DNA from: Phycisphaerae bacterium
GTDB lineage: Bacteria > Planctomycetota > Phycisphaerae > UBA1845
Direction: 5' to 3'
DNA length: 64,000 nucleotides
NCBI GenBank assembly: GCA_963666835.2
Contig: CAXXGO010000003.1
Span: 320,001-384,000, forward strand
Part shown: in pieces, positions 19,116 through 29,900 of the stretch
How the letters are laid out: every line of letters starts with the position of its first letter
How positions within the stretch are numbered: the stretch's first letter is position 1
Notes under the pieces: model-generated
The model's database searches: none
Told to the model about the DNA's origin: nothing
Seen by the model: the letters and a program-made list of their open reading frames with translations, nothing else
Translations under genes and position numbers: made by a program

Positions 19116-20675
19116 ATGATTCAGGGAAAGATAGGGCACCATCAGCGTGTGGGGTATTTCTTGGGGGTACTGTTCCTGTCAGTTGCCACAGGTGCGAGTC
19201 TGGCTGACCCACCGGCCGGGTACTACGACTCGGTGGACGCGACGGATGCGACAGCCCTTCGGACCACCCTGCACGCGGTGATCGACGACCACACGAAGAT
19301 ACCGTACACGTCCAGCTCGACCGATACGTGGGACGTTCTTGAAGAGGCTCAGGAGGATCCCGGCAACGGTTCCAACATCCTCGACGTTTACGGGAACCAG
19401 AGCATCCCGAAGTTTGGCGGCGGCACCGGCGATTACAATCGCGAACATAGTTGGCCGAAATCTTACGGTTTCCCGAATGACGGTTCAGCCAACTACCCGT
19501 ATTCGGATTGCCACCAGCTTTTCTTGTGCGACGTTGGCTACAACTCGGATCGGGGGCACATGCCCTTTCGCGATTGCGATGCCGGATGCACCGAACGACC
19601 GACCGAGGTCAACAACGGCCAGGGTGGTGGGAGCGGAACCTATCCCGGTAACTCCAACTGGTTCAGCGGCAGCTCTGTGTCCGGTATCTGGGAGACCTGG
19701 ATCGGGATGCGCGGTGACATTGCTCGGGCGCAGTTCTACATGGATGTCCGGTACGAGGGCGGCACGCACGGAGGTACCGGGTATTGGGAACCCGATTTGA
19801 TACTGACGGACGATCAGGCCCTGATGGCGGCGAGCCAGACCGGCAGCAACGAATCCGTGGCCTACATGGGCGAGCTGTCGGTGCTTCTGCAATGGCACGA
19901 GGACGATCCGGTCGACGACTTCGAACGTCAGCGCAACGACGTGGTCTTCAACTATCAAGGAAACCGAAACCCGTTCGTCGACAACCCGGACTGGGTGGAC
20001 TGTATTTTCGGTGACGCTTGTGATCCGGGCGGACCGGGAGAGGACGGTGACGCCTGGATCAATGAGATTCACTACGATAACACCGGCGGTGACACCGACG
20101 AGGGCGTCGAAATCGCCGGCCCGGCAGGGCTCAACCTCTCCGGGTGGTCGCTCGTCGGGTACAACGGAAGCACATCCCTGCAGTACGACACTGTCTTCCT
20201 TTCCGGCGTCTTGTCGGACCAGCAAGGTGGATTCGGGACCCTCTGGTTCGCGTTCGCCGGTTTGCAGAATGGCGACCCGGACGGTGTCGCCCTGCTGAAC
20301 GATTCGGATGAGGTCGTCGAGTTTCTCAGTTATGAGGGGTCTTTCACGGCCTCTGACGGCCCAGCATCGGGGTTGACGCCCGTGGACATCAACGTTTATG
20401 AACCGAGTGACACCCCCGTCGGTCAGTCGCTGCAATTGCAGGGAACCGGAAACAAGGCGAGTGATTTCACCTGGGCCTCTCCTGCCGCGCATAGTCGCGG
20501 GGCAGTGAACGACGGTCAGACTTTCATTCCAAGCGCCGGCGATGTACCAACCGTTTCGTCCTGGGGTCTGATCACAATGGTCCTGTTGACCCTCACGGCC
20601 GGAACCGTCGTGTTCAGGCGAGCGCGGGGGTTGGCAATGCAGCTCAGTGGGACGATCCGGCCGTTTCACTCCTAG
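19116..20675 (+). CDS. Secreted endonuclease I-family nuclease with lamin-tail-like domain and IPTL-CTERM-type sorting signal
   Basis: Signal peptide; NREHSWPKS, GDIARAQFYM, QGNRNPFVDNP; WINEIHYDN domain; VPTVSSWGL-TM-RRAR tail. Confidence 0.88.
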   Translation: MIQGKIGHHQRVGYFLGVLFLSVATGASLADPPAGYYDSVDATDATALRTTLHAVIDDHTKIPYTSSSTDTWDVLEEAQEDPGNGSNILDVYGNQSIPKFGGGTGDYNREHSWPKSYGFPNDGSANYPYSDCHQLFLCDVGYNSDRGHMPFRDCDAGCTERPTEVNNGQGGGSGTYPGNSNWFSGSSVSGIWETWIGMRGDIARAQFYMDVRYEGGTHGGTGYWEPDLILTDDQALMAASQTGSNESVAYMGELSVLLQWHEDDPVDDFERQRNDVVFNYQGNRNPFVDNPDWVDCIFGDACDPGGPGEDGDAWINEIHYDNTGGDTDEGVEIAGPAGLNLSGWSLVGYNGSTSLQYDTVFLSGVLSDQQGGFGTLWFAFAGLQNGDPDGVALLNDSDEVVEFLSYEGSFTASDGPASGLTPVDINVYEPSDTPVGQSLQLQGTGNKASDFTWASPAAHSRGAVNDGQTFIPSAGDVPTVSSWGLITMVLLTLTAGTVVFRRARGLAMQLSGTIRPFHS

Positions 20676-20837
20676 AACCTGTGAGCACCGAGGAGTTGAC
20701 CAGACGGGCTGAGGCCACGAACGCCCGCCGATCAACTCCTTGGCGTCTTCGAACCGCTGATAAGACCGTTCGCCGAAAGCGTGTTGGCACCGTGAGCGGA
20801 AACCCGCTAGGAACCGGTCTCTTTCTTCAATGGTCCG

Positions 20838-22928
20838 CTACGGGCAGTCGGTCGGATCACTAAACGGATACGCCTCGCCTTCGAATCCCGCCACGGCACG
20901 TTGAACGTCGGTCATATTTACGACCGCGTTGGGCACCTCAGGGTCAAGGTCTGCCCAGGTCATGGGAGGAGCGCCGGCCGCGCCGGAGAATCGCTGGAGG
21001 ATCGCCTGGATGTCGCCAAGATTCACGATGCCGTCGGGAGCCGCCCATGCCCCCTCATTGAAACCGCCCACCAGATCGCCCCAGTTTTTCGGCGACGGAA
21101 GACCCACAGTGCTCACTTCCACCGGGGCCTCGAACGAGACGCCGTCGAGCGTCGCCGACATTTCGTAAGTAGCGGCAGGCGTGATCTCGCAGTCACCCAC
21201 TCGCACCACCTCGGGCCAAGCATTACTATAATGAGCGAAGTCGGCAACCCGAGCCACGCCATCTTCATCCGGTTCACCGACCCAACCCAGGACTCCAACC
21301 GAGCCGGGGAAGAACTCGCTGGCGGTCATTTCCACGAGGTACGCAACGTTGCCCTCGGTATCGTCGGTACCGAATGACACATAGCGGTTCGTCGGGGCGG
21401 CCGCCGTTTGCACGACAAGCTCATCGTTTTCTGCGTTGTCATCACCCGCCAGCGTGGCGGTCACGGTTACCGTGTATTCCGCTCCGGTTGAGCCCGCCAC
21501 CTGCCAGGGGGCGAACTCCGCCACGTCGCCGCTACCGCCGGGCACGCTGACGGGGATGGTATCGCTGTACACGACGATTCCTTCGCTTTCGATAACGCAC
21601 GCAACGTCAAACTCCGCTTCGGTGCCGCGGAAATTCCGTACGGTGGCGGAAGGAACATGAACTTCCGAGACTGCTATCGCTTGGGGTACGTCGATCGCGG
21701 TGACCCCCACGTCCGGGGCGCCGGTACCGAGGGCATACAAATTGCCGTCGAAGCTACCGATGTATAGGTAGCCGTTGTCGTCAATTGTCGGGGAGGATTC
21801 AATCCCATCGAGCGTTTCGAACGTCCATCGAACACTGCCATCCGGATATAGCGCGTAGATCATCGCATCACGGGAACCGAAGTAGATGATTCCATCCCCA
21901 TCCACCGTTGGTGAACCGTCCACAATACCACCCGTAAGGAACTTCCATTTGAGAACGCCTTGCGAACCGGTATCCGTTACGGCATAGAGATAGCCGTCGT
22001 ACGATCCGAAGTAGATGGTCCCGTCCGGACCGATGGCCGGGCTTGATTCCACCCCGTCTTCAGTATCGAAAGACCACTTCAGGCTTCCGTCCGGGTTCAC
22101 TGCCCAGAAGTTGGTGTCGACAACAACCGGGGTCTGCCCCGCAGCGCCATATGGATCCGTGCCGAAGTAGATGGTGCCATCCGCACCGATAGCCGGAGAC
22201 GAGTCCACCAGGTGACCGTCGTAGAAGGTCCCGGCCGCAAACCGCCAGATGTATCCTTCGAGGTCGTCGTCGAACGCAAAAAGGCGATGGTCCTTGGATC
22301 CGATGTAGATCGTCCCGTCGTCGCCGATCGCGGGCGAGGAAATAATGCACCACTCGGTGCCCCAACTCCAATTCACCGAGCCGTCGTCCGGGTCGAGGGC
22401 GTAGAACCTGAAACTCGGACTGCCCACATAGACTGTCCCGTCATCGCCAACAACCGGAGAGGAAAGCGCGAACAGGTAGTCCAGATACGTTTTCCACTTC
22501 AGCTCCGCGTGGGTTTCGAGATCTTCGATCGCGTAGATGTGCCCGTCCAGAGACGTGATGTATATTATCCCGTTCGGGCCAAGCGCCGCCGAAGAAAAGA
22601 ACCCGTCGCCGCCCTCGAAGCTCCACTTGAGGGTCCCGTCCTGGTTCAGGGCGTAGACGTTGTGATCATCTGCTCCAAAGAAGTGCCATCCTGAGCCGAA
22701 GTAGATCGTGCCGTCCGTTCCGATCGTAGGCGAGGACACGATGCCGTCATTCGTTGGGAACGTCCACGCGAGCGTAGGGCTAGCCGGGCCCGTGTAGGGT
22801 GTGGCTCCGGTATGTTTCGCGTCGTGTCGAAACATCGGCCAGGGGCTCTCTTGCGCCACTGCCGACGCGGAAGACAGGGACATGAAGAGCGCAATGCTCA
22901 CGGTTATTCTGGAAGCGTTCCGGTACAT
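20838..22928 (-). CDS. Secreted PQQ-like beta-propeller protein with Ig-like and dockerin-like C-terminal modules
   Basis: Signal peptide, WPMFRHD, repeated SSPxIGxDGTIYxGS...KW blades, terminal GD..G..PDG.VN..D repeats. Confidence 0.85.
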   Translation of the reverse strand: MYRNASRITVSIALFMSLSSASAVAQESPWPMFRHDAKHTGATPYTGPASPTLAWTFPTNDGIVSSPTIGTDGTIYFGSGWHFFGADDHNVYALNQDGTLKWSFEGGDGFFSSAALGPNGIIYITSLDGHIYAIEDLETHAELKWKTYLDYLFALSSPVVGDDGTVYVGSPSFRFYALDPDDGSVNWSWGTEWCIISSPAIGDDGTIYIGSKDHRLFAFDDDLEGYIWRFAAGTFYDGHLVDSSPAIGADGTIYFGTDPYGAAGQTPVVVDTNFWAVNPDGSLKWSFDTEDGVESSPAIGPDGTIYFGSYDGYLYAVTDTGSQGVLKWKFLTGGIVDGSPTVDGDGIIYFGSRDAMIYALYPDGSVRWTFETLDGIESSPTIDDNGYLYIGSFDGNLYALGTGAPDVGVTAIDVPQAIAVSEVHVPSATVRNFRGTEAEFDVACVIESEGIVVYSDTIPVSVPGGSGDVAEFAPWQVAGSTGAEYTVTVTATLAGDDNAENDELVVQTAAAPTNRYVSFGTDDTEGNVAYLVEMTASEFFPGSVGVLGWVGEPDEDGVARVADFAHYSNAWPEVVRVGDCEITPAATYEMSATLDGVSFEAPVEVSTVGLPSPKNWGDLVGGFNEGAWAAPDGIVNLGDIQAILQRFSGAAGAPPMTWADLDPEVPNAVVNMTDVQRAVAGFEGEAYPFSDPTDCP

Positions 22929-23067
22929 GATTCGACCTCCATCGTTAAGTGAAACCTGTAGTTCGCCGCTGGGCTGGACTGCTGTCCGGACCTACCCGGG
23001 CTGCGTCAGCGCCTTGAGCACCAGCCGGTTGCAACTCTGTCGCAACCGTTAACATATCTCATCAGCT

Positions 23068-23096
23068 ATCATATAGCAGCCGGGACAGCAGGGCAA
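23068..23096 (-). promoter_or_regulatory. Putative sigma70 promoter for the beta-propeller gene
   Basis: TTGCCC-N17-TATGAT on the minus strand. Confidence 0.5.
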
Positions 23097-23407
23097 GCGT
23101 TATCGGCCGAACAAGCCTGGAAAAGTCGGAAAACGCCCGGTAGATGCACGCTAAGCCGGAAGCGGGCGGGGTCCTAGCAGGATATCACCTCGGGCTGAAC
23201 GAGCGTCTCGGTTTCGGCGGCGCGCGAAACCGCGGGCCACTACGCGAATCGGTTGCGTGATGGCTCGACACATCCCGCATGCCTTGCACAGCCTGCGAAT
23301 CGCGGGATATTCTTGCATCGGCGCTGAGACTTGCGTACGCTGTTAAGAGGCTCGGAGGGTACTGTAGTGTACTCGCCCCGCAACGAGTCTTGGACGGAGG
23401 ATGAAAA

Positions 23408-24118
23408 ATGAGCATGCGCGGCACTTCGTGGCTCGGTCTTTCAGTTGTCACTCTCTCGGCTGCCGGAGCCAACATGGCGGTGGGACATCCCCGTTACTTC
23501 AACGCGGAGGACGATGGCTGTCGAGCCTGTCACGGCTCGTTTAGCGGGCCGGTCTCTCCGAAGGGAACCGTTTTCCCGGCGAGCAACAAACACACGATGC
23601 ACTTGGGCTCGGGCTATATGGATACGGACTGCACGCTTTGTCACACCGACGGTGACGGCTTCAATCCGTTCCTCGGCTCCTCGGATGGGGCGACGGGCGT
23701 TCCCGGGGTCGGCTGCACGGGGTGTCATGGTCGTGACTACGGCGGGGCGCTTGGCGACAGTGCAGTCGGTCTTCGAGCCCAACACCTGTTGGCCGGCGAG
23801 ACCGGGTGCTTGGTTTGCCATCCCGGTGACCCTACCCCCCTACCGGAGGACGTTGCCCCTTCATACTACGGCATCGCCGAGACGAACGTGGATGACCCGT
23901 GTAATGGGAGCCCGGCTCATTTGGAGAACTGGTCAGTCGGTGACACCGCGGGACTGGACAATGACGGCGACGGCGTGTACGACCAGCTCGACTCCGACTG
24001 CGGGGGACCCTCAGAAGTGCCGGCCGTTTCCGAGTGGGGGCTGATTATCTTTGCGCTGATAATGCTGGTAAGCGCCGACATCTGCATCAGCCGGCGGGCA
24101 TCACCCGTGGAGCTATAA
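23408..24118 (+). CDS. Secreted tetraheme c-type cytochrome with IPTL-CTERM-type tail
   Basis: GGAGG RBS, signal peptide, CRACH/CTLCH/CTGCH/CLVCH, DNDGDG..D..DSDC loop, VPAVSEWGL-TM-RR. Confidence 0.85.
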   Translation: MSMRGTSWLGLSVVTLSAAGANMAVGHPRYFNAEDDGCRACHGSFSGPVSPKGTVFPASNKHTMHLGSGYMDTDCTLCHTDGDGFNPFLGSSDGATGVPGVGCTGCHGRDYGGALGDSAVGLRAQHLLAGETGCLVCHPGDPTPLPEDVAPSYYGIAETNVDDPCNGSPAHLENWSVGDTAGLDNDGDGVYDQLDSDCGGPSEVPAVSEWGLIIFALIMLVSADICISRRASPVEL

Positions 24119-24127
24119 CCGATTGCG

Positions 24128-24595
24128 CTAGCGGCGAGTCTGGGGAGGAACCCTGTCCAGCCAACCGGCGTCAACGATGCCCCACATGCCGATCAGGATT
24201 GCCTCTGCCGCGTCGTGGCGGAGTGATGTCGGACGCGTCGCCTGCGACCACTCTATTACCCGGCGGGCCATCTCCCCCGCCGTTCGCTTGGCTTGTTTAC
24301 CGTTGCGTTGTTCACGTGGATAGAACAAGGCGTCCCGCCAATCCTCCGCACTGATTCGGCGAACCAACACGCGGTGATTCTCCGCTTCGCGTTCCCAGAT
24401 TTCAGCCAGGGTCCCCCCGCCCTCGAGCACCAGGACGGCCAGAGTCGGTAGATCATTCAGCAAGCCATGAACTCGGCGCCGGAGACGATCGGCCGTCCCG
24501 AAGTTGCGAGAGCGATACCAGTGTAGGCGCCCGTTCCTCCCGTATAACGCCAGCCCCGTCTTGAGCCCCAGATCGACTGCAAGCAAAGTGTCCAT
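24128..24595 (-). CDS. RNase H/RuvC-like fold hypothetical protein
   Basis: LLAVDLGLKTGLA, LVLEG, HDAAEAILI: acidic-residue layout like RuvC. Confidence 0.65.
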   Translation of the reverse strand: MDTLLAVDLGLKTGLALYGRNGRLHWYRSRNFGTADRLRRRVHGLLNDLPTLAVLVLEGGGTLAEIWEREAENHRVLVRRISAEDWRDALFYPREQRNGKQAKRTAGEMARRVIEWSQATRPTSLRHDAAEAILIGMWGIVDAGWLDRVPPQTRR

Positions 24596-24995
24596 GCTGC
24601 CCAACCGTTCCCCAACCCAATTCGCCCGCCCCACGGGTCCAGATTATACCAACGCCCGACACCTCTACAACGCGGCTCCCGGAAGTTGGGGCAAGACCTC
24701 ACGTCACCTACAGATTCGAACCGGCCGGACCCGAGGCACTGCTCATGAGCAGCCGCGCACCCGAAGACCCGGGCGTGACGTGGCACTACGAGTACCACGT
24801 GTCGAAGCGCTGTTTGATCTCGCATTGTCCGAGTATGCGCAGGAGTTGATCGTCGCGACCGAGAACGACCGGACTTCCACTGCCCGATCGACTTCTCGTT
24901 AGTGTCGCGCGCGATGTTCTCGGTCGCAGCGTACGGAACGGCAGCTTCGGTATTGTAAGGTTAAGGATCAGTCTGTCCGCAAGGGGAAAGAAGGC

Positions 24996-26537
24996 ATGGC
25001 CATAACGGGTGTGACATCCGCGCGCGCAGGGGCTGTAAGCGCCACGCTGCAGGCTCTTCTGAGCCGGAAGGTTGGTCTGGCGTCTTCGCAAACGGAAGTT
25101 GCGACTACGACGGACCCTCTTGGCCCCGCGGTGCTACTGGAAAGCTCGAACAACCTCAGATCCGACGGGCTGTACAACTCACTCGGGCAGCTACTGATCG
25201 CGAATCAGCCCGCCATCGCTATCGCTGAAGGCACGACCGAAGCCGAAACACAGTCGCTTGCAATTACCGCCGCGGCCGAGCGAATCAGCGGCGGTGATCT
25301 CAGTGGTGGCCGGGCGGATGCCGAGGAGATTCTGAAGGACGATCCGAAGAACATCGAGGCGGTGCGTCTTGTCGCAGTGACGTATTTGCTCGAGGGTGAC
25401 TACCGGCAGGCGGAGCAGATGTACTCGCGGGCGGCGGCGTTGGTGCCGGACAACGCCGGCTACCAGGATGACGTGCGTATTGCGCAGTCGCTGCAAAGTA
25501 GTGATGAGGAGGTCCTCGCAGTTGCCCGGCGGGAAATGACGAATCCGGCGACTCGGAATCGAGCTATGCGTCTCCTCGGACAGTTGACGGGCCGATCGCC
25601 GGATAGCCTTGACGCGTATTTAGCATTGGCGGACGGTTTCACTTTGGCTCAGAAGCCCGAAAGCGTTTTCGCCGCCCTTGCTGGGGCCGCCGAGCGCGCC
25701 GGCGACTCTCGAATCGACGAGGTTGCGAGTCGGGCGCGAGATGTTGCGGCGCGACTTCCTCAGGTGGCTTCGGTGCACAACCTCCTGGGCCGCGTCTTGC
25801 TCCAAACCGGAGATCTCGACGAGGGGATCACTGAGCTGACTCAGGCTGCCGACCTCGATCCGTACGAGCTTTCATTCGGCACGGATCTGGCGGTTGGATA
25901 CGCGACACGATCTTTGAGTCGGCTCGAATCCGGAGACTTATCCGGGGCGCGGATGGACGTAACCGCCGCGAAAGTCATCGCCCCAACGGATCCGGTTGTG
26001 GCCGAGGCTACCGCCCGGGTGGCGGTCTATGAGGCTCGACGAGATATCGCAACCCAGCGGTACAGCTCGGCTCTTGGAAAACTGAGCATCGCTTACTACA
26101 AGCGTCCGGGCGATGCCGAGTTCGCCGAGAAACTGGCCGCGTTGTACACCGGGCTGGGCACCCATCTCGAGGGACGAAGTGACGATGCCCTGGCCTTATC
26201 TGCCTTCGCCAAAGCGTATGCTCTGGACCCGTCTTCGACTGTTGCCCGCAAGAAGGTGGCCGAGCTGAGTTTCTCGTTGGGCGTTGAAGCGGTCGATGCG
26301 AAGGACTACGACAAGGCCATAACCATGCTCGAACAGGCTTACGAGACCTACCGCCTTAGCTCCGATTACGGACAAGCTCTGGCAAACGCCTACGATCTGC
26401 GCGGTCAGCTCCGGGTCAGTCTGGATGAACTCGATCTGGCCATCGAGGACTTCAAGAGAGGTTCCTCGGTGGATCCGACCAACACGTCCCTAAGCGCTCA
26501 TTACGCCGCGGCCGTCAACCAGAAGAACGAGTCGTAG
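24996..26537 (+). CDS. Tetratricopeptide repeat protein
   Basis: Many helical repeats ending A..LDP/L.P. Confidence 0.8.
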   Translation: MAITGVTSARAGAVSATLQALLSRKVGLASSQTEVATTTDPLGPAVLLESSNNLRSDGLYNSLGQLLIANQPAIAIAEGTTEAETQSLAITAAAERISGGDLSGGRADAEEILKDDPKNIEAVRLVAVTYLLEGDYRQAEQMYSRAAALVPDNAGYQDDVRIAQSLQSSDEEVLAVARREMTNPATRNRAMRLLGQLTGRSPDSLDAYLALADGFTLAQKPESVFAALAGAAERAGDSRIDEVASRARDVAARLPQVASVHNLLGRVLLQTGDLDEGITELTQAADLDPYELSFGTDLAVGYATRSLSRLESGDLSGARMDVTAAKVIAPTDPVVAEATARVAVYEARRDIATQRYSSALGKLSIAYYKRPGDAEFAEKLAALYTGLGTHLEGRSDDALALSAFAKAYALDPSSTVARKKVAELSFSLGVEAVDAKDYDKAITMLEQAYETYRLSSDYGQALANAYDLRGQLRVSLDELDLAIEDFKRGSSVDPTNTSLSAHYAAAVNQKNES

Positions 26538-26977
26538 TCAGCCCTAGAGTGCCCCATCCTTCGCCCTGCGTAATCTCTCAGCAGGCAGAAGAGCCGCGTA
26601 GACAGGTGCGGTTACGGTATACGCGACATCTCCCAGGCGAAGGTTGGCGGACTGACTGCGGAGCGAGTCTGTTTCGGCTTCTCGTCCGTTCCCCACCCAT
26701 CCCGGCGGGAATTCGGCGCGGCTGTCCCGACCCCGAAACCGCCGGGATGGATGGGGCACCCGCGCGCCGCCCCGCACAATTGGCTTGGTGTCCGTTCTTG
26801 TCCAGGAGCCGACTCGGATCGTGGAAACAGATGCCGTACGCCGGTACCATGTGCGGCATGCTTAACAGAGCCGGGCGGCCTGCCGGCCGCTTCGTTCTGT
26901 TCGTAGCGGGGTGGACTGCGCGACGGTCCTCCCTTGGAGGATTCAGACAAGCGTTGGGCGATAGCACGGACGAAGCG

Positions 26978-29900
26978 ATGTTGCGGTACTCGAACGACTT
27001 TGCGTCGGCTACAGCTTGCCCGACGGTCGAGGTCGCTGGTCGTTTCGCCGCCCAAGGTCGCGGCTGCCCATGGCGCACGATAGCCTCGGCACTTATAGTC
27101 TTGGCGTGCAGTACCGCGTGCGCCCAAACCGAGCCGGACCTGAGCCGCGTTCCGGTCGACGGTGTAAATAGGGCGTTGACGGTCGAGACCGTCGAAGCGA
27201 TCACGATAGACGTGCCCGCGCCGATCGCGAACTTGTTTGCCCAGGCCGAAACTGGAATCGAGCGCGCTGATTGGAAACTTGCGGTCGACTGCCTGCAGCA
27301 TGTAGTGGACGACCCGGACCAGGCTCTGATCCGCCGACCTGACGATGGCCTTCCCGACGCGATCGTTTACGAATCTGCACGGTCTCGGGCCTTACGGATG
27401 TTGGCACAGCTCCCTCCGGAAGGTCTTGAAACGTACCGTCTGCTTTACGACGGTAATGCGAAGGGCAAGCTCACCCGGGCTCTGGCGACCGGTGACGTAT
27501 CCGGACTGCGGGTGGTCGCCGAACGCCTCTTGCTCACCCGGCACGGTGACGACGCGGCCGATCAGTTGGCTTCATGGGCTCTGGATGCGGGTCGCCCTGC
27601 GGAAGTGATCCAAGTGTTGGAGCCGCTTCGCGAGCTGGTTGCCGATGGCGATGTACCCGAGCACCTTATCGTGGCCAAGCTGGCGACGGCTTATGCAATG
27701 CTCGGCTGCGCAAGCGAGGCGCAGGCGGTGCTCGATGACTATCTGATACGCATGCGCGGCGTCCAAGCCGCGCCTGAGTGGATGAAAGAGCTGCGCGACC
27801 ATCTGCCAACGCAGCTCCTGACGGGCACAACAACGGTGCAAACCTCCGCTTGGCCCTTACCGGGGGGTTCCCCGGCACGCCGTGGACTTATGGCTCCGGT
27901 GAATCCTGCGCTGGTAGAAAGGCTGCCCTGGTACCACCGGGCCAGTCGCGCGAGAGCGCCTCGGTGGCCGCGAGCCCTCGATGAAGACCCGGCACACCCC
28001 GCGGAGCTACCTTCACCCCAGGTGGTTGCGGACGGTGGGCGGGTCTATGTACGTTTACCTCACAGTGTGCGGGCACTCAGCGCTAACGATCTTTCTCTGG
28101 TTTGGCAGGTTCCCCCGGCCGTTGAATCCGATGGTGAGTATGGACATCACCATCAGTTTCGCCCGGCCGGGTCGAATGAGCTTCCCGATGCAAGTCGGGA
28201 TTTTTTCAGCGACGTCGTCGTGACACAAGGTATGGTGATTGCCCTGGAAGGCGGAGATTCGCTTCTCGGGCTAGCGGACCTTGCGGAGCAATGGCTCCGG
28301 CGGGCCAACGCGGAACCACAGATTCTCGATCGGCGCACCCGGCTTGTTGCGCTCGATGCTCGGGATGGGCGAAAACTGTGGACGGCCGGACGATCCGCGG
28401 ATCCCGAAGACCCGCTCGGGAATGTAGAGTTCTGCGCCGTGCCGCTTGCCGTGGAAGGCAACCTGTGGGTGCCGTTCTGCAGAAACACGGCTCTGTGCGT
28501 GGGGGTTCTTAAGCCGAAGAACGGCACACTTGTGCGGGAGATACTACTCGGCTCCGTCGGTGAACTCATTGGCATGCCGCGGCAGGCGATGCGGCTTACA
28601 CACGCCTACGGAAAGGTCTTTGTTCCCTCGGGGCGCGGGGTGCTCTTCGCGGTCGAGGCTGACGATTTCACCCTCAGTTGGGCCGCCAGATTCGCCAATC
28701 CGCCGACGGATGCCGCAGCCTTGGCTATCGCGGATCGCTCTCGGTGGGTTCCCGCGCCCGCCGTGGCGGTCGGTGGTGCTATCGTGGTTCCGCCGACAGA
28801 ATGTTCGGAGCTGATGGCCTTCTCTGCCGTCACCGGTGAGCTACGCTGGACTGCCGAAGCTTCACGAGTGTCGTACATTGCGGCCGCAGACGACTCCTTC
28901 ATCTGGCTCGGTGGACGTGATATTTCGTGCCTGTCCGTGGCCGACGGCAGTTGTGTATGGACGACTCCGCTTGCATCGACTCCTACGGGTCGTGCTGCTG
29001 TGGCGGGAGACGTTGTCCTTGTTCCCACTCTGGCGGGTCTTTCCTTTCTAGACGCGGCGGTTGGAACCGTGATCCGGCAACAGCCTCTCCCCGGCGGCGC
29101 CTATCCCTTGGGAAACCTGTTGAGCTACGATTCGGCCCTGTACAGCGCCGACGCATCCGGAGTCCGTCGATACCCCGACCTCGACGCCGGATTCGCCAGG
29201 GCTTGCGATCGCTATGAAGGTGATCCGAACGACCCCACCGCTGCAGCCGAGCTAGTCTGGCTGGAGCTCTTTCGTGGACACCCTCAACGCGCCTTGGACA
29301 TTGCCGAGCGGATCCCGCCGGCTGCCGGGACGTTAACCCAAGGGCGCGTGGAGGCGCTCTTGGCGAAAGCTGACATGGAGCCGGCAAGCGCGCGGGATCT
29401 TCTTACACGGGCAACCGAAATCGCTCGGGCCAACACCGACAGGCTGCGCGCCACCGTGGCTCTGACTGAGCATCTCGCGTCCGAGGGACTGTATCTGGAG
29501 GCGACTCGGGCTCTTTGGGACGTCGGTTTGAACGCCGATTCTAAAGGTCTTGTGCCGCTGGGCCGATACGTTCGCGGTTCCGTCCACTTGGCAATCGCCC
29601 GGCACCTTCGGGCAATCGAACAACGTCTGACCGGCAGCGAGCGACGGCAGATCGAGGATTACGTGAGCGAACAGATTGCGTCGGCAGAGAGTGTTCTTGG
29701 TGATTCACAGGGTAGTCGCGATGCCGCTCGGCGATTACGTGCGATTGCCGACCTCGCTGCTTCTTCAACAAGGCAGCGAGCACTTCTGTCGCTTGCCCGG
29801 TGGCGACGCGAGCAGGACCGCTCGGAGCAGGCCGAACAGCTTCTTCTCGAAGCCACACGAATACATGCTGATCCGGAGCTGTCCGCGCGAGCTCGGTTGG

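Noticed and set aside
24745..24902. Possible frameshifted gene remnant between the RuvC-like and TPR genes
   Set aside because: Short, with no recognisable family motif; cannot be supported.
26549..26977. N-terminal 143 codons of the 1638-aa ORF
   Set aside because: It overlaps a REP-like hairpin, reads as non-protein-like sequence, and lies upstream of the signal-peptide-bearing start.
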